Of a stretch of 58,900 nt of DNA, positions 20,146-28,213 are shown one piece after another. The notes below the pieces were generated by a model. That model searched no databases and was not told the origin of the DNA. It was given only the letters and a program-made list of their open reading frames with translations. The stretch comes from Fidelibacterota bacterium (GTDB taxonomy: Bacteria; Fidelibacterota; UBA2242). Location of the stretch: positions 5,507-64,406 of the forward strand of contig JBNGDF010000014.1 of NCBI GenBank assembly GCA_049975265.1, given 5' to 3'. The first letter of the stretch is position 1. Each line of letters starts with the position of its first letter. The position numbers and the translations under genes are program-made.

Positions 20146-20170
20146 GAAAATCTTCTGTTAAAAAAGCATC

Positions 20171-20214
20171 AAAAAAACCTGTATCATCAAGAATCATTCA
20201 TCTTCACGACAGGT
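20171..20214 (-). terminator. Terminator-like hairpin in the leader upstream of tRNA-Val/thrS
   Basis: Minus strand ACCTGT-cgtgaaga...tcttgatgat-ACAGGT followed by a T-run. Confidence 0.5.
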
Positions 20215-20363
20215 CGGGACAAGGACGTTCATCACCTGCCTGTCCGGCGTATCCCGCTGCGGCGGGAGAAAAATTCCCCGTAACATTTCAGTTAATCAAA
20301 TATCCATTCTCTGTCCGGGCTTACAAACGGTATCGTCGATAAGTGTCTCAAAAAACGAGACTT

Positions 20364-20392
20364 AATTTAAATAATGTTTCCTTGACACGCAA
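20364..20392 (-). promoter_or_regulatory. Putative sigma70 promoter of the tRNA-Val-thrS-infC operon
   Basis: TTGCGT-17 nt-TAAATT. Confidence 0.6.
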
Positions 20393-20469
20393 CGGAAAAA
20401 CTTAATGGCATTCCCAATATCAATTTTGGTGAGAATTTCGCCAAATCTACCAACCCTGTCTTTTCAGAA

Positions 20470-21991
20470 TCACTGGCATCGGGATATCTCCAATTCACCA
20501 AAATCAACATCCAGCAACTTGGGTTGATCCAGCAGCAGCCCTATTATCTGTCTTTCCTCATCAAACTGAAAAGTCATAAAACCGTTTGGAATCATCGGGT
20601 CTCGCCACTGCAATTGAAAGGTGTGATCCCGCCAGTGAATACAATCGGCGGTAAAACTGGGCGTATGGGGGAAAAGAAGCAGCAGTCGGTCTTCTACCTG
20701 CTCGATAAAAATGTCACCGATCACACGGTCCCGGTATCTCCCGACATACTCTGTCAGGGGCAACGGCGGTGCAGTACCGGCTTTTTCCGGCTGATCCACC
20801 TCTTCCTCGGCAGATATCGATTGTCGGAAAACCCGGTCCCATTCATAATCGGGAAAGCCGAGAAAGTAATCCAGTAGTTTGTAAAATACCGTGTAATACA
20901 TGCGGTACTCTTCCTGATTCGTCAGGATCCCAACACCCAGATTCTCTGCGGGCGCCATCGCAACCAGCGCCCGCATACCGTCGACACCTCCGGAATGGCG
21001 AACGATTTTCTGCCCCTGATAATCCTCCAGAAACCAGCCAAATCCGTACGCCCGGTACTGCGGTTCACGACGTTTCATTTCCGCCGAATATTCAGAAAAG
21101 GGAATCACCATTTTCGGATTAAACATCTCCCGGGCATTTCCGATACTAAAGAGTCGTGTGCCTCCAAATTCACCCTGGTTCAACAAGCATCGTACATATT
21201 TCGCCATGTCTGCAGCGGACGAATAAATGGACGCCGCGGGTCTGATATTATCATAATCTCGGTGCGGAATGGCAATAACTTCCGATTCTCTGACAATGTG
21301 TGGTGAGGCTACATTCGAGCATAAGCGGAGTTCCTCCATCGAGGTCGTTGAGCGATTCATATTCAGCGGAAGCAGCAGTTTTTCACGGACAAATTCATCC
21401 CAGCTTCTGCCGGTGACAGCCTGGATGATCTGCCCGGCAATCAGATACATAACATTTTGATAGGCGTATTCGCTGCGGAAGCTGCTGACCGGTTTCAGAT
21501 AGCGTAACCGGATAATGATCTCTTCCCGACTGAAATCAGACCCGTACCAGATTGTGCCGCCACTTACGTCGCGCAGTCCACTGCGATGAGTCAACAGATC
21601 GGTAATGGTGATTTCACGCGTTACCCAGTCATCATACATCCGAAAGTCCGGCAGATGCTGAACCATCTTGTCATCCCATCGCAACCGACCCTCGTCCTCC
21701 GACAGCGGTAGTCGACTTTGAAATCGACCCGATCGCAAAAAGTGTATTTTCGTCAACCCTTTCGGGCTTGCCTACTTCACGAACACCATACCCCGCGACA
21801 AAAATAATCCTGTCATCTTTCACAACGGCGAGAGCAAGCCCGGGCACCTGAAAATATTCCATATTTTCGATTATATAATCGTCAATAGCGGGAAACTCTG
21901 TTGACATTCCCAGGACCGTCTGAATCAGGAATATGGCGATACAAAATCTTACTAAGACAAATTTCACAGAATTAATGGACATTATTTTCAT
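20470..21991 (-). pseudogene. Frameshifted secreted serine hydrolase (beta-lactamase-like with DUF3471-like C-terminus)
   Basis: ORF 21671-21991 carries the signal peptide and FAIGSISK (SxxK). ORF 20470-21756 carries DEGRLRWDD, LLTHRSGL, YQN and HSGG in another frame. Junction near 21700. Confidence 0.85.
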
Positions 21992-22418
21992 GTTGGTACG
22001 GCTGCCCCCGTTTTTTAATGAATCCCCAGATCAGATAGCCAATGCCGGGAGCGATTCCTATGATAAAGCTGCCCCGTCCGGCCTGCTCGGTCCGATAGGT
22101 CATAAACAGATTACACACCACTCCCGCAACAATTGTTGCCACCGTCACTGCAAGCCGGCTTCGTTTAATGAGCCGTTCAAAGGTCATGAAAATCGCCAGT
22201 GATGTACCGACGGATATCAGATAAAGGTAAAACCGGATAGCGTCGATTTGGTCAGTCTGGTGTAACAACAATCCCGTGATCAGGGTAAACAGAATTGTCT
22301 GTATCAACTGTTTAAAGAGATTCCAATGGAGCAGACCCCGTCTGATCTCCGGCTGCAGCTGAACTCTCGCAATGATTATTCCGGCTAACACGGCAAAGAA
22401 AAATATTTTAATTATCAT
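21972..22418 (-). CDS. Hypothetical integral membrane protein (about 5 TM)
   Basis: Hydrophobic segments throughout; overlaps both neighbours in an operon-like arrangement. Confidence 0.65.
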   Translation of the reverse strand: MIIKIFFFAVLAGIIIARVQLQPEIRRGLLHWNLFKQLIQTILFTLITGLLLHQTDQIDAIRFYLYLISVGTSLAIFMTFERLIKRSRLAVTVATIVAGVVCNLFMTYRTEQAGRGSFIIGIAPGIGYLIWGFIKKRGQPYQHENNVH

Positions 22419-23079
22419 GGCGCAGTTCTCTTGCTATTTTTTTCCAGGCAGACTGGGATACCACCCGATAAGCAGGCGAATAAACCGATCGATACCTTTC
22501 GGAATGATGAACTACCGGATAATCGTTCTCAAGAACATGTTGATAAATCGTAAGAAACTTATCTTTGTCCACAGAAATTTGGCCGGTGGTAACCTCCCGA
22601 TGAACGATTTCCCAGGCGGTTTTCAATCGTTCCCGGTCCGAATCACTGAAACGGTTCGATTCGAGGATCGCCCGGGTTATAGTTTCAGCGGGATATTCCA
22701 GACTTTTCCACTTTTTCAGATGGATCCGCACATATTCAGAATCGGGCGCAATATTTTCGATTAATGCGGATTGTTTATCGGCTTCAATTATTGCTATTTC
22801 TCTCTCAAGCTGTTTCTGAATTTCAGCGGAATCTGTGCCCAGATGACCAGGTCCCATAGTCCCCTGATAGATCAGTTTATACAGATCAACCGGTTCCATT
22901 TCAGGATAGCGCTCCAGATGCCGGGACACGATGTCCAACCATTTTTCCCCATTGCTGTCAGTCGCCCGGTGAGTACACCCAATCATTCCGCACAGAATCA
23001 TTGACGCGATCAGGATTGTAATACGCCGTCTGGAACGGGATTTAGGATTTTGAATCGTCAATGTCTTTAAAATCGGCAT
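22408..23079 (-). CDS. Conserved hypothetical protein, probable lipoprotein (start uncertain)
   Basis: RRR plus hydrophobic stretch and MIGC lipobox; motifs HLERYPEM, DLYKLIYQGTMGPGH, VHHSERYRSVYSPAYRVV. Confidence 0.75.
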   Translation of the reverse strand: MPILKTLTIQNPKSRSRRRITILIASMILCGMIGCTHRATDSNGEKWLDIVSRHLERYPEMEPVDLYKLIYQGTMGPGHLGTDSAEIQKQLEREIAIIEADKQSALIENIAPDSEYVRIHLKKWKSLEYPAETITRAILESNRFSDSDRERLKTAWEIVHREVTTGQISVDKDKFLTIYQHVLENDYPVVHHSERYRSVYSPAYRVVSQSAWKKIARELRHDN

Positions 23080-23227
23080 CTTCTATATCATCCGGATTGA
23101 TATCCATTTTTTTCTGGTCATAACGACCTTTTATCTCGGATTTTGAACCGAAAAGATTCTTTACGTAGGGTTCAAGCAGTTTCCAGATGATATATAGTAT
23201 TATCAAATAGAGAATTAAGCGAAACAT
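23042..23227 (-). CDS. Small single-TM hypothetical protein
   Basis: MFRLILYLIILYIIWKLL followed by an acidic tail IEDADFKDID; starts 1 nt after the dNK stop. Confidence 0.75.
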   Translation of the reverse strand: MFRLILYLIILYIIWKLLEPYVKNLFGSKSEIKGRYDQKKMDINPDDIEDADFKDIDDSKS

Positions 23228-23228
23228 T

Positions 23229-23870
23229 TCAGGGCTCTTTCTTGGGATGATAATAGATTGTACCGGTTATCGGCTTCTTCAACAACGACAACAATTCGTT
23301 CAAATCGTTTTCGTTGTGGACGAAATCAATATCATTGGTATTGATGATCAGGAGCGGACTGTCTTTGTACCGGTAAAAATATTCATTGTAAATCTGATTC
23401 AGCGACTCAATATACTCGTGGGAAATGTCCCGCTCATAACTACGTCCGCGCTGTTTGATGTTTTGCATCAATCTGTCGGTACTAGCCTGGAGAAACACCA
23501 CCAAATCGGGCTTCGGAATCTCCTTCTCCAGCAGTTGAGCGATCAGGTTGTAAAGTACGAACTCTTTTTCATTCAGGTTTAGATGAGCAAAGAGTTTGTC
23601 CTTATCGAACATATAGTCGCTGACCAGAAGATTGGAAAACAGGTCCACCTGTTTCAGCTCCATTTGCTGACGATAGCGGCTCAGCAGAAAATAGAGCTGC
23701 GTCTGGAATGCGTACCGTTCGGGATCAACATAAAAATCTTCCAGGAACGGGTTTTCCTCGAATTTTTCAAGCACTAACCGCGCCGACATGCGTTCGGCTA
23801 ATATCCTGGCAAAACTTGTCTTTCCGGCGCCGATGACTCCTTCAATTGCGATGTAGTACAGATGTTTCAT
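23229..23870 (-). CDS. Deoxynucleoside kinase (dNK/Dck-Dgk family)
   Basis: IAIEGVIGAGKT P-loop, NPFLEDFY, FQTQLYFLLSRYRQ, RGRSYE lid. Confidence 0.94.
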   Translation of the reverse strand: MKHLYYIAIEGVIGAGKTSFARILAERMSARLVLEKFEENPFLEDFYVDPERYAFQTQLYFLLSRYRQQMELKQVDLFSNLLVSDYMFDKDKLFAHLNLNEKEFVLYNLIAQLLEKEIPKPDLVVFLQASTDRLMQNIKQRGRSYERDISHEYIESLNQIYNEYFYRYKDSPLLIINTNDIDFVHNENDLNELLSLLKKPITGTIYYHPKKEP

Positions 23871-23900
23871 GAATCATTTCAACTTCAATTTCAATATAAT

Positions 23901-24419
23901 TTAATCACTTATCCAAGAATGGGTACTTTTAATTTTGGTCACTCCGGCACTGTCCTGACATATCTTCATCAATGTATCAATTGAACATTGCAGGTGCGGG
24001 TGGATAAAGGTACCTGCGATTTCAGCCAGGGGTTCCAGCACAAATCGCCGCTCTTTCAGCAATGGATGGGGGATTTTCAATGTTTCAGTGTCCATAATTT
24101 CCGCGCCGTAAAACAGGATGTCGATATCGATTAGCCGGGGACCGTTGCGGATTTCCTGAAAATTCCGACCCATTTCCCGTTCGATCCCCTTGCAAGCTCC
24201 GAGCAGCTGCTCTGGTGACAGCCCTGTTCTGCCCTTGAGAACCATATTCAGAAAATCGGGTTGATCAATAACATATTTTGCTTCGGTTTCATAGAGTGAA
24301 GACATTGCCAGCGGCACAAATATATCCTCTTTCCCCAGTTTGCGAATCGCAATTCTTATATTTTCCTCCCGGTCACCGAGATTCGAACCAAGCGCCAGAA
24401 AAACCGGGTCATCACTCAC
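23901..24419 (-). CDS. folK: 2-amino-4-hydroxy-6-hydroxymethyldihydropteridine diphosphokinase
   Basis: LALGSNLGDR, SSLYET, QPDFLN, GPRLIDIDIL, IPHP, RRFVLEPL. Confidence 0.97.
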   Translation of the reverse strand: MSDDPVFLALGSNLGDREENIRIAIRKLGKEDIFVPLAMSSLYETEAKYVIDQPDFLNMVLKGRTGLSPEQLLGACKGIEREMGRNFQEIRNGPRLIDIDILFYGAEIMDTETLKIPHPLLKERRFVLEPLAEIAGTFIHPHLQCSIDTLMKICQDSAGVTKIKSTHSWISD

Positions 24420-24793
24420 TTCAGACTCTCCATTTCGTCGCGCGTCCGTTGGATTTCCACCTCTACCGTATCCAGCACACCTTTGACCGGTGCGCCCGGT
24501 TTCCTGATCCGGATAATGACCCGTTCAGCCTGGTAGTGCGCAAAGATTTCCTTCAGAATTTTCCCCGCCAGTGCCTCAATAAGATAGTATTTCGATTGGG
24601 TAACCACATCATGAACGAGTTGATAAATATCGACATAGCTGATGGTATCTTTCAGGTGATCCGAGCGGATGGCGGCATTCATGTCAAAATCGAGGCTGAG
24701 ATCCACCTCAAAGCGTCCGCCTAGTATTTTTTCCTGCTCAGCGACTCCGTGGTAACCATAAAAAACCATATTCTTTAAACTAATGCGACCCAT
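24416..24793 (-). CDS. folB: Dihydroneopterin aldolase
   Basis: FYGYHGV, E..LG.RFEVD, SDHLKDTISY, LIEALA. Confidence 0.96.
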   Translation of the reverse strand: MGRISLKNMVFYGYHGVAEQEKILGGRFEVDLSLDFDMNAAIRSDHLKDTISYVDIYQLVHDVVTQSKYYLIEALAGKILKEIFAHYQAERVIIRIRKPGAPVKGVLDTVEVEIQRTRDEMESLK

Positions 24794-24819
24794 TCAATTT
24801 TTCTCCTTAAATCGCCGTG

Positions 24820-24848
24820 AATTTACCGAAGACTCGAGGGATTGTCAA
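24820..24848 (-). promoter_or_regulatory. Putative sigma70 promoter for the folB operon
   Basis: TTGACA-17 nt-TAAATT. Confidence 0.7.
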
Positions 24849-24983
24849 GCCGGGAGGATCACACTTTGACGAAACGACAGCGACCTTGCCATTGCTTCCG
24901 AACAATTTTGCCGGCTTCGTCATGATTTCCGATAACCTTGACAAGTTTTCAGCTCTATATGACAAAATAATTATCCAGACGCT

Positions 24984-25000
24984 TCGGCACAACTCTTGTG
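24984..25000 (+). promoter_or_regulatory. Possible sigma54 (-24/-12) promoter for the hsp20 pair
   Basis: TCGGCAC-AACTC-TTGT: GG-N10-GT, two mismatches to TGGCAC-N5-TTGC. Confidence 0.45.
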
Positions 25001-25058
25001 ACTATATTAAGCGGTTTTTGAAAATGGTGAACAAAAAAAAAATAAAAGGAGAAAAACC

Positions 25059-25499
25059 ATGACTATCACAAGATGGATTCCAAGAAGTTCTTTGTTAGAT
25101 TTTCAAAGTGAAGTCGATAATCTGATGGATTCTATATTTGGAACCAAATCCCAGACTGACGATGAATGTCTCATCTGTCCGACAGTCGATATCGAGGAGT
25201 TTGAAAAACATTATCTGCTTCATTTCGAGCTGCCCGGCGTAAACAAGAAGGATGTTTCGATCAACGTCAAAGACAACATCCTGACGGTGAAAGGCGAGAA
25301 AAAAGCGGGTAAAAAATCAGACTCTGACAAGTATCACCTAAACGAACGGGTGTATGGCAAATTCCAACGCGGTTTTCGGCTTCCGGAAGCAGTCGACACA
25401 GAAAATATCGAAGCCGAATACATCGACGGCGTGCTTAATCTCACTGTCCCTAAACTGGCAGAAGCACTGCCCAAACAGATTGAGATTAAAGTAAAATAA
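25059..25499 (+). CDS. Hsp20/alpha-crystallin small heat shock protein
   Basis: PTVDIEE, ELPGV, LTVKGEK, ERVYGKFQRGFRLP, DGVLNLTVPK. Confidence 0.96.
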   Translation: MTITRWIPRSSLLDFQSEVDNLMDSIFGTKSQTDDECLICPTVDIEEFEKHYLLHFELPGVNKKDVSINVKDNILTVKGEKKAGKKSDSDKYHLNERVYGKFQRGFRLPEAVDTENIEAEYIDGVLNLTVPKLAEALPKQIEIKVK

Positions 25500-25539
25500 T
25501 CAATGTTCATTAACAATTGATAACTAAAGGAGGTGTGCT

Positions 25540-25980
25540 ATGGCAATCACAAGATGGACTCCCAGAACGATGCTCGGTTTTCGAAATGAGTTTGATCGCC
25601 TCTTCGACTCCTTCTTCAATCCCACGGAGGAAGAAGAAACATCTCTGGCTGCCTTCTCCCCGGCTGTTGATATTGAAGAAAGAGAAAAGGACTACCTGAT
25701 TACCGCCGAGTTACCCGGAATTAAGAAAGAAGATATCAAAATGAACATCAAGGAAAATCTTCTGACCATTTCCGGTGAGAAAAAACAGGCAAAGAAAACC
25801 GATAAAAACAACTACCACCGTACCGAACGCATCTATGGTTCCTTCCAGCGCTCTTTCAGATTACCGGATTATGCGGACCAGGAAAATATCTCGGCGGAAT
25901 TCAAGGATGGTGTTCTGAATGTCACGATTCCGAAACTGAAGGAGTCAATTTCCAAGAGCATCGATATCAAGGTCAAATAA
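25540..25980 (+). CDS. Hsp20/alpha-crystallin small heat shock protein (tandem paralog)
   Basis: PAVDIEE, AELPGI, ERIYGSFQRSFRLP, DGVLNVTIPK; strong SD AAGGAGGT. Confidence 0.96.
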   Translation: MAITRWTPRTMLGFRNEFDRLFDSFFNPTEEEETSLAAFSPAVDIEEREKDYLITAELPGIKKEDIKMNIKENLLTISGEKKQAKKTDKNNYHRTERIYGSFQRSFRLPDYADQENISAEFKDGVLNVTIPKLKESISKSIDIKVK

Positions 25981-26000
25981 GCAAATCGAGACAACTCACC

Positions 26001-26036
26001 CAAAAGACCGGTCAAAGACCGGTCTTTTGTTTTTTT
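26001..26036 (+). terminator. Intrinsic terminator after the hsp20 pair
   Basis: CAAAAGACCGGTC-AAA-GACCGGTCTTTTG followed by a T-run. Confidence 0.9.
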
Positions 26037-26109
26037 AATTTTATCCGTTTAAAAAATTGATTAATTTAGGTTGGTATGACATCTATCAAATTTGGAAAGG
26101 TCAAATAAA

Positions 26110-28140
26110 ATGAAACACCGGCTTCTCCTGTTTTTGGGAATACTCCTGATAGTCGGCTGCGCACGCCACGATTTTTCACCGCGCAGAGCCATCGAACCGG
26201 CAAATATGGATCTCAGCGTCAGCCCCGGCGACGATTTTTACCAGTTCGCAAATGGGAACTGGCTGAAAAACCATCCAGTTCCAGCCGACTACAGTCGCTT
26301 CGGCTCTTTTGAAGAGGTAGCGGAAAAAAATCTCCGTGATCTGCGGCAAATTATGGAAGATGCCGCCCGGACAGCTTCCCTTGAAAAGGGCAGCAATGTT
26401 CAGAAAATCGGCGACTTTTATGCCTCCGGAATGGACATCGATAAAATCGAACAGGACGGATTAACACCGATTCAGTCGCTCTTGAATGATATCGCAGTTA
26501 TCCAAACGGTTGCAGACGTTCAGAGCATGGTTGCTGCGCTGCACCGCAAAGGGATTTCGCCGCTCTTTCATTTTTTTGCAGAGCCTGACCCGAAAAACAG
26601 TACCCTCAACATCGGCTGGTTTTATCAGGGTGGTTTAGGATTGCCCGACCGTGATTACTATCTTGATCCAGCACCACGTTCTGAGGAAATCAGAAGTGAG
26701 TATTATTCGCATCTGGTGCGCATTTTCCGGTTGCTGGGTGAAACGCAAAAGCAAGCTGAAGAAAGTGCCGATGCTGTAATGACCATCGAAAAACGACTCG
26801 CCCAGTCTTCCATGACCCGTGTTGAACAGCGGGATCCGATAGCCATTTATCACCCGACGACACTGCAGCAAATGCAACGCCAGTATCGCAACTATCACTG
26901 GATCGCCTATATAAATCAGATGGGCGCAGAGCCTTCCGGACAGTTAAATGTCGCGCAACCACTGTTTTTTCAGGAAATCAACCGCATGATTCGGCAAATC
27001 CCGGTTGACAAATGGCAAGACTACCTTCGCTGGCAGCTCATCCGAGCCACAGCTCCGTATCTAAGTAGTAATTTCGAAGTGGCACATTTCGAATTTTACG
27101 GAAAATATCTATCGGGGACCCGGGAGATGCAACCGCGCTGGAAACGGGTGCTGAATACCACCAGTCGCGCACTTGGCGAAGCAGTGGGTCAGATGTACGT
27201 AGAACGGTATTTCCCACCAGAAGCAAAGGAAAGAGCCTTGGAACTGGTTTACAATCTCAAACATGCTTACGCCAAACGGATGCAGAATCTCGACTGGATG
27301 AGTACAATCACCAAAGAAAAAGCTCTGGAAAAATTGGATGCTTTTCGTATTAAAATCGGCTACCCGGAAAAATGGATCGATTATTCCGATCTGGATATCA
27401 GCCGCGATTCCTACGTCACGAATGTTCTGAACGCCAATACCTTCGAAGTGCGCCGAAACATGCAAAAAATCAACAAACCCGTTGATGTGGATGAATGGCA
27501 CATGTCACCTCAGACCGTCAATGCATATTACAATCCGGCTGTCAATGAAATCGTCTTCCCTGCAGCAATCCTGCAACCGCCCTTCTTCAATTTCAAAGCC
27601 GATGATCCGGTGAACTACGGAGCCATCGGTGCCGTCATCGGTCACGAAATGACCCACGGTTTCGACGATCAGGGGCGCCATTACGGCAAAAACGGCAACC
27701 TGAACGATTGGTGGACTCGCGATGATGAAGAAAAATTTAATGCCCGAACCAGAATACTGGTGGAACAGGCAAATAATTATGTCGTCATTGATACCTTTAC
27801 AATCAATGGAGAATTAACGCTGGGTGAAAATATCGCCGATCTGGGCGGCTTGACAATTGCCTTCGAAGCTCTGAAAATGGCGATGGAACAGAATCCGCCG
27901 AAAGCCAGTATTGACGGTTTTACTCCGGAACAGCGTTTTTTCCTTTCCTGGGCACAGGTCTGGCGCAGCAATATCCGCCGGGAAAACCAGCTGCTGCGCC
28001 TGAAAACCGATGTCCATTCGCCGGCAAAATACCGAACAAACGGACCGCTGTCCAACCTGCCGGCATTTCACCAGGCGTTTAATGTCACCGAAGGACATAA
28101 GCTCTACCGTCCGTCCGACGAAGTTGCCCGGATCTGGTAA
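26110..28140 (+). CDS. M13 family (neprilysin/PepO) metalloendopeptidase, lipoprotein
   Basis: Lipobox IVGC, PGDDFYQFANG, VNAYY, GHEMTHGFDDQG, GENIADLGG, DVHSP. Confidence 0.95.
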   Translation: MKHRLLLFLGILLIVGCARHDFSPRRAIEPANMDLSVSPGDDFYQFANGNWLKNHPVPADYSRFGSFEEVAEKNLRDLRQIMEDAARTASLEKGSNVQKIGDFYASGMDIDKIEQDGLTPIQSLLNDIAVIQTVADVQSMVAALHRKGISPLFHFFAEPDPKNSTLNIGWFYQGGLGLPDRDYYLDPAPRSEEIRSEYYSHLVRIFRLLGETQKQAEESADAVMTIEKRLAQSSMTRVEQRDPIAIYHPTTLQQMQRQYRNYHWIAYINQMGAEPSGQLNVAQPLFFQEINRMIRQIPVDKWQDYLRWQLIRATAPYLSSNFEVAHFEFYGKYLSGTREMQPRWKRVLNTTSRALGEAVGQMYVERYFPPEAKERALELVYNLKHAYAKRMQNLDWMSTITKEKALEKLDAFRIKIGYPEKWIDYSDLDISRDSYVTNVLNANTFEVRRNMQKINKPVDVDEWHMSPQTVNAYYNPAVNEIVFPAAILQPPFFNFKADDPVNYGAIGAVIGHEMTHGFDDQGRHYGKNGNLNDWWTRDDEEKFNARTRILVEQANNYVVIDTFTINGELTLGENIADLGGLTIAFEALKMAMEQNPPKASIDGFTPEQRFFLSWAQVWRSNIRRENQLLRLKTDVHSPAKYRTNGPLSNLPAFHQAFNVTEGHKLYRPSDEVARIW

Positions 28141-28155
28141 TTTTTATTAACGTTT

Positions 28156-28186
28156 AAAAAAAACCGGTTATCCAGCCGGGTTTTTT
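28156..28186. terminator. Bidirectional terminator between the M13 peptidase and EF-G
   Basis: A8-CCGGTT-atcc-AGCCGG-g-T6. Confidence 0.75.
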
Positions 28187-28213
28187 CAATGAATCAGAGA
28201 ATAGAGTTATTTA

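Noticed and set aside
20146..20363. T-box riboswitch upstream of thrS (CAGAGA and CTGAAA resemble Stem I AG and GNUG boxes)
   Set aside because: No GGUGGNACC T-box sequence, so the antiterminator bulge cannot form; kept only as an unclassified leader.
21690..21720. Programmed ribosomal frameshift in the serine hydrolase
   Set aside because: No slippery sequence, and several conserved residues appear physically missing.
20470..23227. Genomic island at tRNA-Val
   Set aside because: The accessory-looking genes are on the 5' side of the tRNA, and there is no integrase and no duplicated tRNA 3' end.
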